Assembly: GCA_976226885.1 (NCBI GenBank)
Contig: OZ320323.1
Coordinates: 10,292,001-10,356,000 of the forward strand
Reading direction: 5' to 3'
Source of the DNA: Iphione sp. A-MEVVRFRX5
Taxonomy: Eukaryota
Length of the DNA stretch: 64,000 nt
Under the pieces are notes generated by a model. The model was given only the letters and a program-made list of their open reading frames with translations, was not told the origin of the DNA and made no database searches. Shown piece by piece: positions 38,501-48,755 of this stretch. Each line of letters opens with the position of its first letter. Positions within the stretch are counted from its first letter, which is position 1. Position numbers and translations under genes: made by a program.

Positions 38501-41500
38501 CAAAGGATGTGCGCAATAGAGCATAGTGCATATGGCTATTTCTAGCTGATTTTTGGTCCGTGGACCATTTCACAGGTACGAATTATAAGGCCCTTGATGA
38601 CTTGATTCGAAAGTTCGGCATTGAAATGCTACTTAATCACACTTAAGAATGCTACTGAAATACTTCATATGCCATCTGTGTCTCCATACGTATTCGGAAG
38701 TAATAAAGGCAATATGACCTCCAATACATACACAACACTTCCGAAATCCGATATGACAACACTATGTTTTTATATCAACACAGCAAAGTTGGTCACATGA
38801 TCAAAAACGTTATCGTTTCTTTTTATTCTGTCATGTGATGTTACTTTTAGCCAATAAAATGCTTCCAACCAGATATAAACATTATTCTCACCAATGTGGT
38901 GATCATAATGGATTTTTTGCCTCATCATCAGACAAGAACTATCTTATAATTTATCAGTACGATGTCGATGTATTCCATACATTTCAGTTAATTTTCGCAG
39001 TTGAACAGAGTGTAACGCCTAAAAAAGTTCCGTGTTTCCAGTAACAAGCTGAAAAAAGACAGGGTTACTTGGTAGGTCCCATTTGTTTTCTTTTCCTTTA
39101 TCTGTCAATGCTAAAAGATCCTGCAAGCAACAGATGTGTATGGTAATGCCACTTATACTGCTTAGATCGTAATGAAATATATATTAAATGAAAGCTATGT
39201 GTCTCTACCACTATTCATCCTGAAATAATTCAAAAAGGATGAACACAATAAAAAGTTACAATTGGCTTTAATGTAAGGTCTATCAGATTACCGGAAACAC
39301 AGAACTTAATTACTAAGCCCGAGTAGTAATTGCCCCTTCGCTTTTTTACTATATGAGCAAAACTACGACATAATTCTAACTTGAAATTCACTATTCAACC
39401 CTCAAAAATAAGCTACCCAGATGTTACTTCACTGCTTTCTGTGATAAAATGAATACAATTGTAGTATCAAAGACCCTGGGGACTTCTTATATAGAATGTA
39501 GAAGATATGTCGTAGTTTTGACATTTTTCTGCTGAGATACACCAAAATCAATGATATGCGATGGTCATACCTAAACCCTTCAACCAATTAGAAGCATCTT
39601 CTCTTTCCCGTTGATCTGACACGTACGACAATGCGATATTTTCGTTTTGAACTACTGACCCTAGTGCAACAGGATCCCAGTAATAAGGTGATACAACCAC
39701 TTTATTTGTATTCTGAGATGTAGTACCTGAGTTGGTCGATAGAGGCCATCACTGACATCGTTTCATAAACGACAATCTGTCTCCATTAGACAAGTGTGGC
39801 CCTTTGTTTGATTGCACAATGAAGATGATAGAGCAGCTCTTCTGAATAGCTCAGAGACTTGCTCACAAAAGCAGACAAAAGTATTCTACCTAAACCTCCG
39901 GGGATACTGATCCGTGTAATTATGTGAGCCACACGGTAGGACGCGTGATTTTAGCCACTGATTGCGCATGTGTCAGACCCGTGTCAGTTCTGGCAGCCTC
40001 TTCTTAGGTTGGACCATTGTTCCACCAAGTTACATCACAAACTTGACAGCTGTTATAAAAATGATGGGCAGTGATAAATGTTTACGTTCTTAGATTTACA
40101 AATCATGCTTAAATGTGAGACCCATCATTATAAATAAACGACAGCATTGACAACAAATATAATAGGTATAATCTTTTTTAATTCAAAGTAGAGCTATTAT
40201 AATTCATAATTATTTTCAAACGAAAGGATCTATATGGCTAAGGTGAACATCCAGCAGATAGAAGCAGTAGCGCCATGTTGCCTTCTTGCTACGATCTGAT
40301 TGGATGAGAGAGCTAGATTCCCGAACGTGCAAATGTTGACAAAATCCAGGTAGACCTTACAATTTGCGCCGATTCAAGCTGTTTTAAAGGAAAATGGAAG
40401 ATAATACCATGTTGGAACAGCATTTAACTATTCTCTTCACCATTTAACTATCCTGATCTCTTGATGGGTGGGGAGATTTATTGCACAAACCCCTCCCCAT
40501 ACTTCCTGCTCCTCCTGCTCCTGTTCCTGCCCCTCCTCTCCATCTCCTACTCCTCCACCTCCCCTCCCCCTCCTTCCCCTGCCCGTCCTCCTCCTCCTGT
40601 TTCTCCTGCCCGTCCTGCTCCTCCTGCTCCTGCTCATGTTCTCCCCTTCTCCTCCTCCTCCTCCTCCTCCTCACTCTCCTCCCTGCTCCTCAACCTCCCC
40701 TCCCCTACTCCTCCTGCTCCTGCTCCTTCTCCTGCCCTTCTCCTCCTCCCTGTCCTCCTCCTCCTTCTCCTCTTCCTCCTCCTATTCCTGCTCCTGCTTC
40801 TCTTCCCTGTCCTCATCCTTCTCCTCTTCGTCCTCCTCCTGCTGCTCCTCCTCCTGCTGCTCCTCCTCGCGGCGCTGCTAACGAGACAGAAAGTGAAATA
40901 TATCAACCATCCCTGGAGAGACTAAGCGCGTGTGTCGGTGGCAATCTCGTTCCCGTCTATGAGAGCATCAGGCACTCCGAGCCAATGTTCAGCACTAAGT
41001 CCACTTACTTTCCGCGGTTAAAAGCGTCTTCCCAGTATAATGAAGTTTTTCAGCCACTAGTAGTTCGTGGGCTTCCTGAAGAATTTAATAGATGTTTCCA
41101 TATGGTAAAGGCAGGCTCGAACGCCAGGTAGCTAGTCTTGCAGACTTTGGTAGTGCGGTGTAGTGAACAGTGTATCCCCCCCCTATCTTGTGGAGGTAAA
41201 GCCATGGCGCCAAGGGCTCAATTAGACACCATGCAATTCTAAAGAAAGGGGATTGGGCACACCAGTATCCCATAGGGACAGGAGACCCGTAGAAGCCGCT
41301 CTCGGAAAGGGTTAAGGCAGGGTTTCCTTGAACGTGTCCTGCACTCGGATGTGTGCGGCCGTGACATGTGGGGGAAAACCAGGACATAGAAATATATCTC
41401 TCCATTTTGATTTAAATGTGCATACTGATGTATGGGTGTTAGGTGCCTTTCACATGTATCCATAGGAAAAGAAGGTCTACGGGTCCGGAGACATAAGAAA

Positions 41501-44500
41501 CCTCCTGCTGTGCTTATTCTTAATGGTTACATATGTATACCACATGTCTTTTCAACATTGTTTCCTATTGAAAATGGATCTGTATCTGTAGAAAATCCAT
41601 GACGAAGGATCTCCCATCTACATATACGGATCCATATCCATAGATACGGCTACATGTGAAGAGACAAGTGTAATTGCTGTGGATGGGGTAACATCTGTCC
41701 ACGGATCTGTATTTGTTTTGAGAAAATACGGATACATATGAACACCCCCTAATGCCGGTCAGTTGTTGACTGGCTTTTATAGCTATGGATGCAAACAGCA
41801 GCATGCAGAGGAAGGCTACCAACCTGGCACTCCAGGGGTTGTTGCTTCTGTCTATATATTGAATAGGCGTCCATGGAAAGATCTTCACGCCGCCTGGATG
41901 GGACCATCCGTTTCTGAGTGAGGGCCTAGACAGAGCGAAAGCCCGGACAAAAAGCCATGTGTATGGAGAACGTCCCTTAGAAATCATCGGATCTATTTTC
42001 ACCCCTACCTATCAATTTACGTATAGTACATACCTTGTCATTTCATTGATATAATATTTAACAAGGCTATCACTGGCTGTCAATGGAACTTACTAATGAA
42101 TCGGTCCTTTTGTCCCTAACATAATTATTTTTCCTTTTGTCAAATGCAGAAGAGTCGCAAGTATTAATTAGCATATTTTGCCAGCTTTAGCGATGAAACT
42201 AAAAACTACTTACCAGACTGCTGCACCGCGCCATGTCCACTGAAGTTGCATTTTCTCTATCAGGTACGGATTAGATTACTATACCAGTCCTAATCAGAGT
42301 ACGGACCCACCTTGTCTTTTGTATCTACCCGTACCGGCAATTATTATTAGACTGCTGACTCAGCATGTCCCACTGAATTAAAAAGCTGCAGGTACATACA
42401 GTAGCACATCACTGTAGGACCACCACAAGACAGGGACCACCGCTTAAACGGAAACATCCTCATCGTGGTCCAAAACGCTTCCCTTGTATTTTATGTTCAC
42501 AAAGCGCTCACCGAGAAGACCATCCTAACCCATCGAATGCGAACATTTCGAGTGGCACCGTCCACTGTTCGGTGACTTTTTTTAAAGAGAAGCCCACCAG
42601 ACAAAAACCCAAAGCGGTACAACTCCCATGAGAACAAGCAGCTGAGAAAATAATGACATCTTCACACAAGAAGGAACCTGAGCCTAAAAGGAGCCCCTCA
42701 ATGCGAGCAGTACTGAGCAAGTCTGAGCCGCTCTATCACTGCTGCTCATGGCAAGAAGTCATAACGTTATCTCCACTGTACTTTGCTGCTTTTCCCATAC
42801 AGGCGGGTTGTCTGGACACGGGTTATATCACACGACTGTATTCTATTGGGGTCTCTCCATGCCCGTGTGTTTGGCGGATCTACACACATGGTCGGACAGA
42901 CTGCTAAACATGGTGGTTTTCCCCGCACAGATACGCACCCTTCTCGTCCAGGTGCGCTTGCATGGAAATAGCGGCTTTATTTCTCCCTACAAATATTTGA
43001 AATCTCTCAATAATATTATGAAACAGCCAATTTATATGTACGAAGGTTAATTTACTCTCATTTAAACTACTTAAACGTCGATTTGGGGGGAAATCAATAA
43101 CTAGGACTACGTAAAAGTATAGGGCTACTTTTTGAAGGAACCAGAAGTAAAAACATGTACATGCAGTCACATTAGCGATGTCTTACTGTATTGAATAACT
43201 AATTCAGAATGAATCTTGACAGAAATGTCAGTACAAGCTCCTACACAAAGAGACACACACATATATATAATGCACAGCACGCTATCATGTCTCCTTTTGG
43301 TGGGTGGTCGGTGGTTGTTTTTCTCCTCCCTGACCTTTTCCTACTGCTGTCCGCCTCCCCCCCCCGCCCCTCCTCCACCTGCCCCTCTTTCCGCTCGTCC
43401 TCGTCCTGTTCTTCCTCCTGGTCTTTCTCCTCCTGGTCTTTCTCCTCCTCCCTTTCCTCCTCCTCCTCCTCCTCCCTTTCTTCCTCCTATTCCTCTCCCC
43501 TTTAAGCCGCACCAAGTACACAGCTTCCGAGCTCTTGAGCCTGCCAATTGCCGCCCAAAGACGATATCCAAATGGGACTGGTGTTTGCCTTCAATTACGT
43601 AGCAAGAGATGTTTTGCTCGAGAAGGAGGCGCCGCTCGCAGATGGCTGCAAGAAAAGATCTATGCTCTTCGTTTTTTTCGCCACCGTCCGACAGCGTTCT
43701 GCACTTACAGGCGTCGCCACGAGAGTGCGCTGATCGTCCTGCCATATCCGTACAAATGTACCACCTGACCATTTAATAGGACGTATGATTATGCTCATCC
43801 ACGATGACCATACATTTGCTATTAGGGAATATGTTCTAGGCTACTCTGGTGCTTTTTTCTTTCGTCATCTTCATATTCCTCGTTATCTCTGTCTTACATG
43901 TCTATGTCTGTCCCTTCTCTTTATTTCTTTTTCTCTCCACATTCTGCAACTATATCCCGTGTCTCCTTTGCCTCTCTACTGTCACTTTCTATCTCCCTCT
44001 TTCTCCATTGCCCATTCTCTCTAAATTGCCTCTCACTCCTCCCTCGCATCTTTGTCCTTTTTAATGGTCTCTTTCTCTCTTTCGCTCCTCTTCCCCCTTT
44101 CACCCCTTCCCTCTCGACTCTCTCAGTCTTCTTCCTTAACTGCGCTCCCCGTGGTTGGATTTGAAGATTTATCCATCGACTACAAGAAAACCATGCTTCC
44201 TGTCAGAGTTAACGAATCGGTTCAGGTCTCACAACGCGGTATCAAGCCATCTCTCTCTTTCTCTGTCCTTTTTTCTCCTCTGCCTGTCCGCTCCAGTCCT
44301 CCTCCTCCTGACTGTTAACTACGATGTGCCCGATCCTCCGCTGAGACCCGCCCCCCTCCTCCCCCCCCCGCCCCCCATCCATTGCCCGGCCTACACCAGC
44401 TAACCTGTAATTCTAGCGCCGACCCCCGACGCCTCTGATACTCCCTAGGTGGCGCTACACCAGCTCTCAGAGCTATCATCATCTCCTGCTGGTCGCATTA

Positions 44501-47500
44501 GATCGACTTTAAATGACTTCGGTTCGGGCGTGGAGGCCGAGGACACAACCACTGGTTCAACTGAGGCTTTACTCGATATCTTATACTCTAGGAAGACAAT
44601 AATTACGGCCCATATTCCACCGCCTGTTCGTAAACAAGTCACATCGGTTAATAAGAGGTGATTCTATGTGCAGATATTTCAAAAACAACCCCTTCCATTA
44701 CGGTGTCGTGTTATTCAATCTTTTTTTTTATCATCTTCAATAATGTATGAGTAGGGTTTTAAGATTCCGTACACTGAATAAAAGCGTTTTATGCAAAGTA
44801 TCGAAAGAAAATCCTATAATTATTGCTGCACTCAACAAATGCCGCGATACCGTCTTCTCTTAATGCCTCCCAGCCATTTCCCCTTATATATACAGGTATG
44901 AGAGCTCAGCTGAGTGTCCATTATTCTATCAAGGAGTAGAAAGTGCCAATGCAGCAAACCGCCCTCTAATAAACATTTTTAGATAAACAAGAGTCGATTG
45001 TATTTTGATGACAATACTGTTCAACACTCAAACGTCCAACTCAGAAACGAGGTGAACAGCAGCTGCCCTTGCAGTGTATAGAATGATCCACTCGTAGTGG
45101 GTAATCTTAGTTGTAGTCGCTACTATCGATCTGTGACCTATAGTGCCCAGTCTTTACAAATGTCCCTAAGTGAAGTAACACTCTTGGAAAAAGTCCTTTT
45201 AAGGGTTCCTGTTTCCTGTTGTGATGTTCTAGGTTCTTACCTACATGGTAGTATCCTCTTTACTGGCCAGCCCTCAGACAAAAAAAATACACCCAGTATG
45301 AAAGGTCAAACTCTCTCATTACAACCACCAGGTCTTTGATGGCTTATCAAAGTTCCAGCCTCTCATACAAACACTAGTCTTAGAGGCTTTATTAGTTTTG
45401 TAGTGAACTATTTATCTAGTAAAGCATCATATACCTTTATATAGTAGATGGAGAGGTAGATAGATTAAAGCTGTGCAAAGTAATAGGGCTTGATACGGAA
45501 GGAGCTGGCTCTCTGGTATAAATGATTGTTAGGAAAGCCTTCAATTTTTTATGATCCATTCTTCAACTGTTGACTATTATAATTTCCTTATAAAATCATG
45601 TCATGAGAATACCCATTGTTAAAAATGCTATCCTTACACCTAGTCACAATAGATAGGCCCGATTCTACCTCATAATTCCAAAGAGCGACATTCACCTGTG
45701 GTATTCTGATGAAATTTATTTTCTTGGTGAATGAACCTTCTAGATTTTATACCTGGCCAGAGAGATGTAGAAAGTCGAGTTGCTCAAACTCGCGATTGTA
45801 TCACTCCCGAAATAGGGAGTAATTGCCACGAAACTGGAGTCGTTCGAGAGGCAGCTGATACCGGGGAGAAAACTAGAATGGCTGACGGTCTGGGATATTC
45901 GAGTCGCATCAGAAATTATCAAAAGAAACTTGTTTGGATATGCGAATGTCAAAAATGTGCTGGGTCTGCATGAGGTACGATTTCCATGTGCAGCTGTTTC
46001 TCGTGTAGTTAAATCCTGCGCTTCCATGTTTATTAGATTCTATTGGTATTAGGCTGACAGATCCTATGCATGCTTTACACGTATAGAGTAGTCCCCCCTG
46101 GATCATATTATTGGAAACATATTCCATGTTTTACACCTATGAATGAATGTTTCAGGCCATAGGTACATGGACAGGGGCAAAAGGGTTTTTAAAAAAGAGA
46201 TTTAACAAGAAAGGAATTATTCACATGGATTAAACTTATTTGCAATCGGATTTGCAGAACAAAAGGTACAATTTATGACACGGACATACACTCATACACA
46301 CAAATATACATACAACATGTCATTTTCATGGGCACATTTATGTACATATGTCTGTTTTTCCCCTAATCTATGCATGAACATAGACACACGTGGTGCAGAG
46401 AAACTGGATCTATTGGGATATTGTGGAAACTTTAAGGACTAGATCAAGACTTAACATTACATGGTATTTCTACGCACTGCGGATTTACATACTTTAGAAA
46501 TGAGACAGTAGACCTTATCCTTTACAGACATGTGGTACAAACACTCCTGTACAAGCGGTTCTGCTGTCAAAGCAAGCAAATACCAAAGGTCAAGAACATA
46601 GAAGTGAAAAGGACATAAAAAGGATAGAAGAATGGTTCAGAGTGCAAGTGCATAAGAGCAAATGAGCTGAACTGGACATCCCAAAGTATAAGACAAATAA
46701 GACGAAGGGAAAACAGCAGTCCTGCATATAACTTATGAATAAACTGTTTACTGATATAATTATTGCTGATCTTGCATTCGTTGTCATCTTCATTAATAAT
46801 AATACAGTGACCTTACCGCCTCTTTCCCAGAGTAAGACTTTCACCCTCAGACACAGGTCTTGTACCAGATGAAGGGGATTCCTTATAATGAAGACTGATT
46901 TAAACAGAAATTGTCATAACCTACCCATCCCTATTTATAACCTACCCATCCCTATATTAACGTTTATGTAAACAGTCAATACTCGAAAACCGAACGTTTC
47001 AGGCAATTTCGTTCGGATTTCGGACAATTCGGATTTCGAATTGTGGGAAAACTCAGGTGAATTCTTCCGAAAATTGGCGATATTCCATACATTCTTTTCT
47101 GTACAATCTACCAACAACAACAACAAAATATTGTTTTTAGGTGTATATATAATCAGAATCAACATGCTAGATAAACAGGTTTCCACACCTCCCTTCCCTT
47201 ATATATTTATTTCATGTAAATCTAGGAAAAGGTTCAGACGTTAAGTGATTATCTATATATATATATTTATTTATATATAAACATGGCAGGTGCTCCAGTC
47301 GGATATTGGGAATTCTTAATGGTACATGCTGGCAGCATATGCACAGACTGCTTGTGCTAAGAGCTGGTTGCATAAAAAATGTCTAGGATGCACTTTGTGT
47401 GCTGAATAAATACATTTTTTTCGGAATAGCTCCTCATGATTCAGCCTTTTAAAACATGCCAAGATTGACCGCTTGTTGGAAGATTGGACATTGCTGATGC

Positions 47501-48482
47501 CACTAATAAAACTCTTATCACCAGAAACGAAAAACAGTAACATGTGCAGGGAAATTAAGTATATATAAGTACGGATATACTTCACATTTCCCAGCGTCAG
47601 TCGACCTTTTACTGCTCAGGGATAGTTCTCTATCAGGTAAGTACACACATAGCCGCTATGGTATTTAACTAAGGGAGGATAGTGCCCATGGGCAGTATGT
47701 GTATAGCCTCATTTATTTACATTGTGTCATCTCATTTTATTATAATTTAAATACTCGTCAGCCTTTTAATGAGGTATTCATTGATTTTATCACTAATTTT
47801 CATCCCATGAGTTCCAAACAGTTCTAAGTAACAGATTCTGGATTAACATACTATATGTATAAATTTTCCAGCGGAAATACAGACACAGATATGACTGACC
47901 TCATAGCAACGCCTACTAAAACAATGTCTGTGTTTCCAGTAACCCAACTGACCCTATTTTTGACCTGTTGGAACACTTATTTTTAAAATTGTTTTGCCTA
48001 TAACTTCACAATAATTATTGCTAGAGACTTGTACTATACACCATATGCTTTCTTTCGCCCCTGGCTTTAATATGACGCGAGTTTCATTACAACCTAAGAA
48101 GTAGAAGTGGCATTACCATATACAGTGGTTGTTTTCATGATCCATCAAAAAAAGAAGAAAAAAATACACACCTACCGGCCGACCCTACTTTCTTTCATCA
48201 TTTTATCGGAAACACAGGTTTTTAGTCCTAATGCGTCGACATATATTAACGGTAGTGTATTGTTATATAGATTATGTCGATGCAATGTATGTCAATAGAT
48301 TGTAATGCAATTGACATGGCATAACTTTATAACTGGACTTCTTAAATCAACCAAACAATACCAACTCACCCATCGTATCGCCGGCCCTCGTATTCGTCAG
48401 CTTTCCCGAGGGGGGGAATCAGAACAGCCACCCCGACCACTGTGACGCAAACCCGACAGAAGGAGGAGAGTGGAGAGACCAT
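29361..48482 (-). CDS. M14A zinc metallocarboxypeptidase (CPA/CPB-like prepro-enzyme), 11 coding exons, 1311 nt, 436 aa
   Basis: Hand-spliced join(48482-48370, 37642-37561, 36907-36815, 36648-36517, 35854-35753, 35199-35095, 34165-34055, 33716-33626, 32449-32241, 30853-30769, 29548-29361). All introns are GT-AG with compatible phases and there is no internal stop. Motifs: signal peptide, propeptide HQVLR/VDFW, GIHANEW (H69/E72), WRKNR (R127), DLNRNW (N144/R145), C138/C161, FHNFGQ (H196), GVELRD (E270). Orthology to a named vertebrate gene cannot be decided from sequence alone. Confidence 0.95.
29627..30036. mobile_element. Tc1/mariner-type MITE, 410 bp (carboxypeptidase intron 10)
   Basis: ta|cagtcaaaactc ... 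aataggattttgactg|ta. Subterminal ggtcggaaatc motifs are shared with the shorter copies. Confidence 0.75.
30769..30853 (-). CDS. Carboxypeptidase exon 10: [28 protein letters not shown](G)
   Basis: ggtttcag| acceptor, G|gtaagt donor, 85 nt, HG..Y..G.I motif. Confidence 0.93.
31209..31289. mobile_element. 81-bp minimal copy of the 13789 family, inverted (intron 9)
   Basis: Ends in ccttggctacgggcctg; its reverse complement matches the start of 13789. No intact TSD. Confidence 0.65.
32241..32449 (-). CDS. Carboxypeptidase exon 9: [69 protein letters not shown]
   Basis: tttcccacag| acceptor, CTG|gtacgc donor, 209 nt. Contains PC..Y.G....SEPE and the third zinc ligand H196. Confidence 0.96.
33626..33716 (-). 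CDS. Carboxypeptidase exon 8: [30 protein letters not shown](E)
   Basis: ccacag| acceptor, G|gtaggt donor, 91 nt. R127 and N144-R145 motifs are intact. Confidence 0.97.
33798..33990 (-). mobile_element. SINE-like interspersed repeat, copy 2 (in carboxypeptidase intron 7)
   Basis: About 195 bp clearly homologous to 4486-4680 (cagggctcttccatatcctcct, accatctattattgagaatt, aatcctatacacccacagcc). Confidence 0.6.
34055..34165 (-). CDS. Carboxypeptidase exon 7: [37 protein letters not shown]
   Basis: ccttgtag| acceptor, AAG|gtatga donor, 111 nt, P..N.DGY.YSW motif. Confidence 0.95.
35095..35199 (-). CDS. Carboxypeptidase exon 6 (HxxE zinc motif): [35 protein letters not shown]
   Basis: CAG|gtgagt donor, IW.DAGIHA.EW motif. 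The acceptor is ambiguous: aag| at 35199 or an in-frame cacag| 18 nt downstream. Confidence 0.93.
35753..35854 (-). CDS. Carboxypeptidase exon 5: [34 protein letters not shown]
   Basis: ttcattttag| acceptor, AAA|gtgagt donor, 102 nt, IG.S.EGRPI motif. Confidence 0.95.
36517..36648 (-). CDS. Carboxypeptidase exon 4 (connecting segment and mature N-terminus): [44 protein letters not shown]
   Basis: tacag| acceptor, ACG|gtaaga donor, 132 nt. Matches the I.Y.V...DLQ..I...F..Y.TL pattern. Confidence 0.9.
36815..36907 (-). CDS. Carboxypeptidase exon 3 (propeptide): [31 protein letters not shown]
   Basis: ttctttccag| acceptor, CAG|gtaata donor, 93 nt, DFW..P and V.I.VP activation-domain motifs. 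Confidence 0.92.
37561..37642 (-). CDS. Carboxypeptidase exon 2 (propeptide): [27 protein letters not shown]
   Basis: ctcttgcag| acceptor, AAG|gtagac donor, 82 nt, HQVLR motif. Confidence 0.9.
40480..40870. repeat. (CCT/CCTG)n-rich low-complexity tract in intron 1
   Basis: Almost purely C/T on the plus strand; generates spurious poly-P/L/S and R/E ORFs. Confidence 0.92.
43320..44330. repeat. Pyrimidine-rich low-complexity tracts (43320-43500 and 43840-44330) in intron 1
   Basis: (cct)n and (ct)n-like stretches on the plus strand. Confidence 0.8.
48370..48482 (-). CDS. Carboxypeptidase exon 1 (signal peptide): [37 protein letters not shown](G)
   Basis: agaATGG start context, hydrophobic core and a GG|gtgagt donor. 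The phase-2 end joins exon 2 to give RRYDGHQVLR, the typical propeptide start. Confidence 0.85.
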
Positions 48483-48739
48483 TCTTCTCTCTGCCCTACC
48501 CGGCCTGGTTCCTGCCGGTACGAGTGGCGGCGGTGGGGCCTTGGCCCGAGATCCCTTTGGTCTTATGAAAGGAGAACTTCTCTTTCTACGTCCGACCGAA
48601 GCAGCATCCAGCAGACGTCTGTCGCCTCTCCAGTCGATCCGCCACCTGCTGCCCCACCGCCCCCCCCCCGCCCCCCGCCCGCCCAACCCACCGGCCGTAC
48701 CAGGACAAGGTGCGTTTTGGCAGGCTCGGATGAGATACG

Positions 48740-48755
48740 CCACCAGATGGCAGTG
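48740..48755 (+). promoter_or_regulatory. CTCF-like motif upstream of the carboxypeptidase ATG
   Basis: CCACCAGATGGCAGTG fits CCASYAGRKGGCRSYR exactly. It lies in a GC/CpG-rich region about 260 nt 5' of the start codon. Confidence 0.5.

Noticed and set aside
40239-40300. aacATGGCG start ([12 protein letters not shown]) with an upstream CCAAT on the minus strand
   Set aside because: Stops after 12 codons with no suitable donor.
40437-41131. Long ORFs (up to 216 aa) rich in P/L/S or R/E
   Set aside because: They arise in several frames on both strands from a (CCT)n-like tract, and there is no domain signature.
46917-47060. Duplicated cccatcccta plus ccgaa/ttcgg motifs resembling a hAT MITE
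   Set aside because: No partner TIR or 8-bp TSD could be located.
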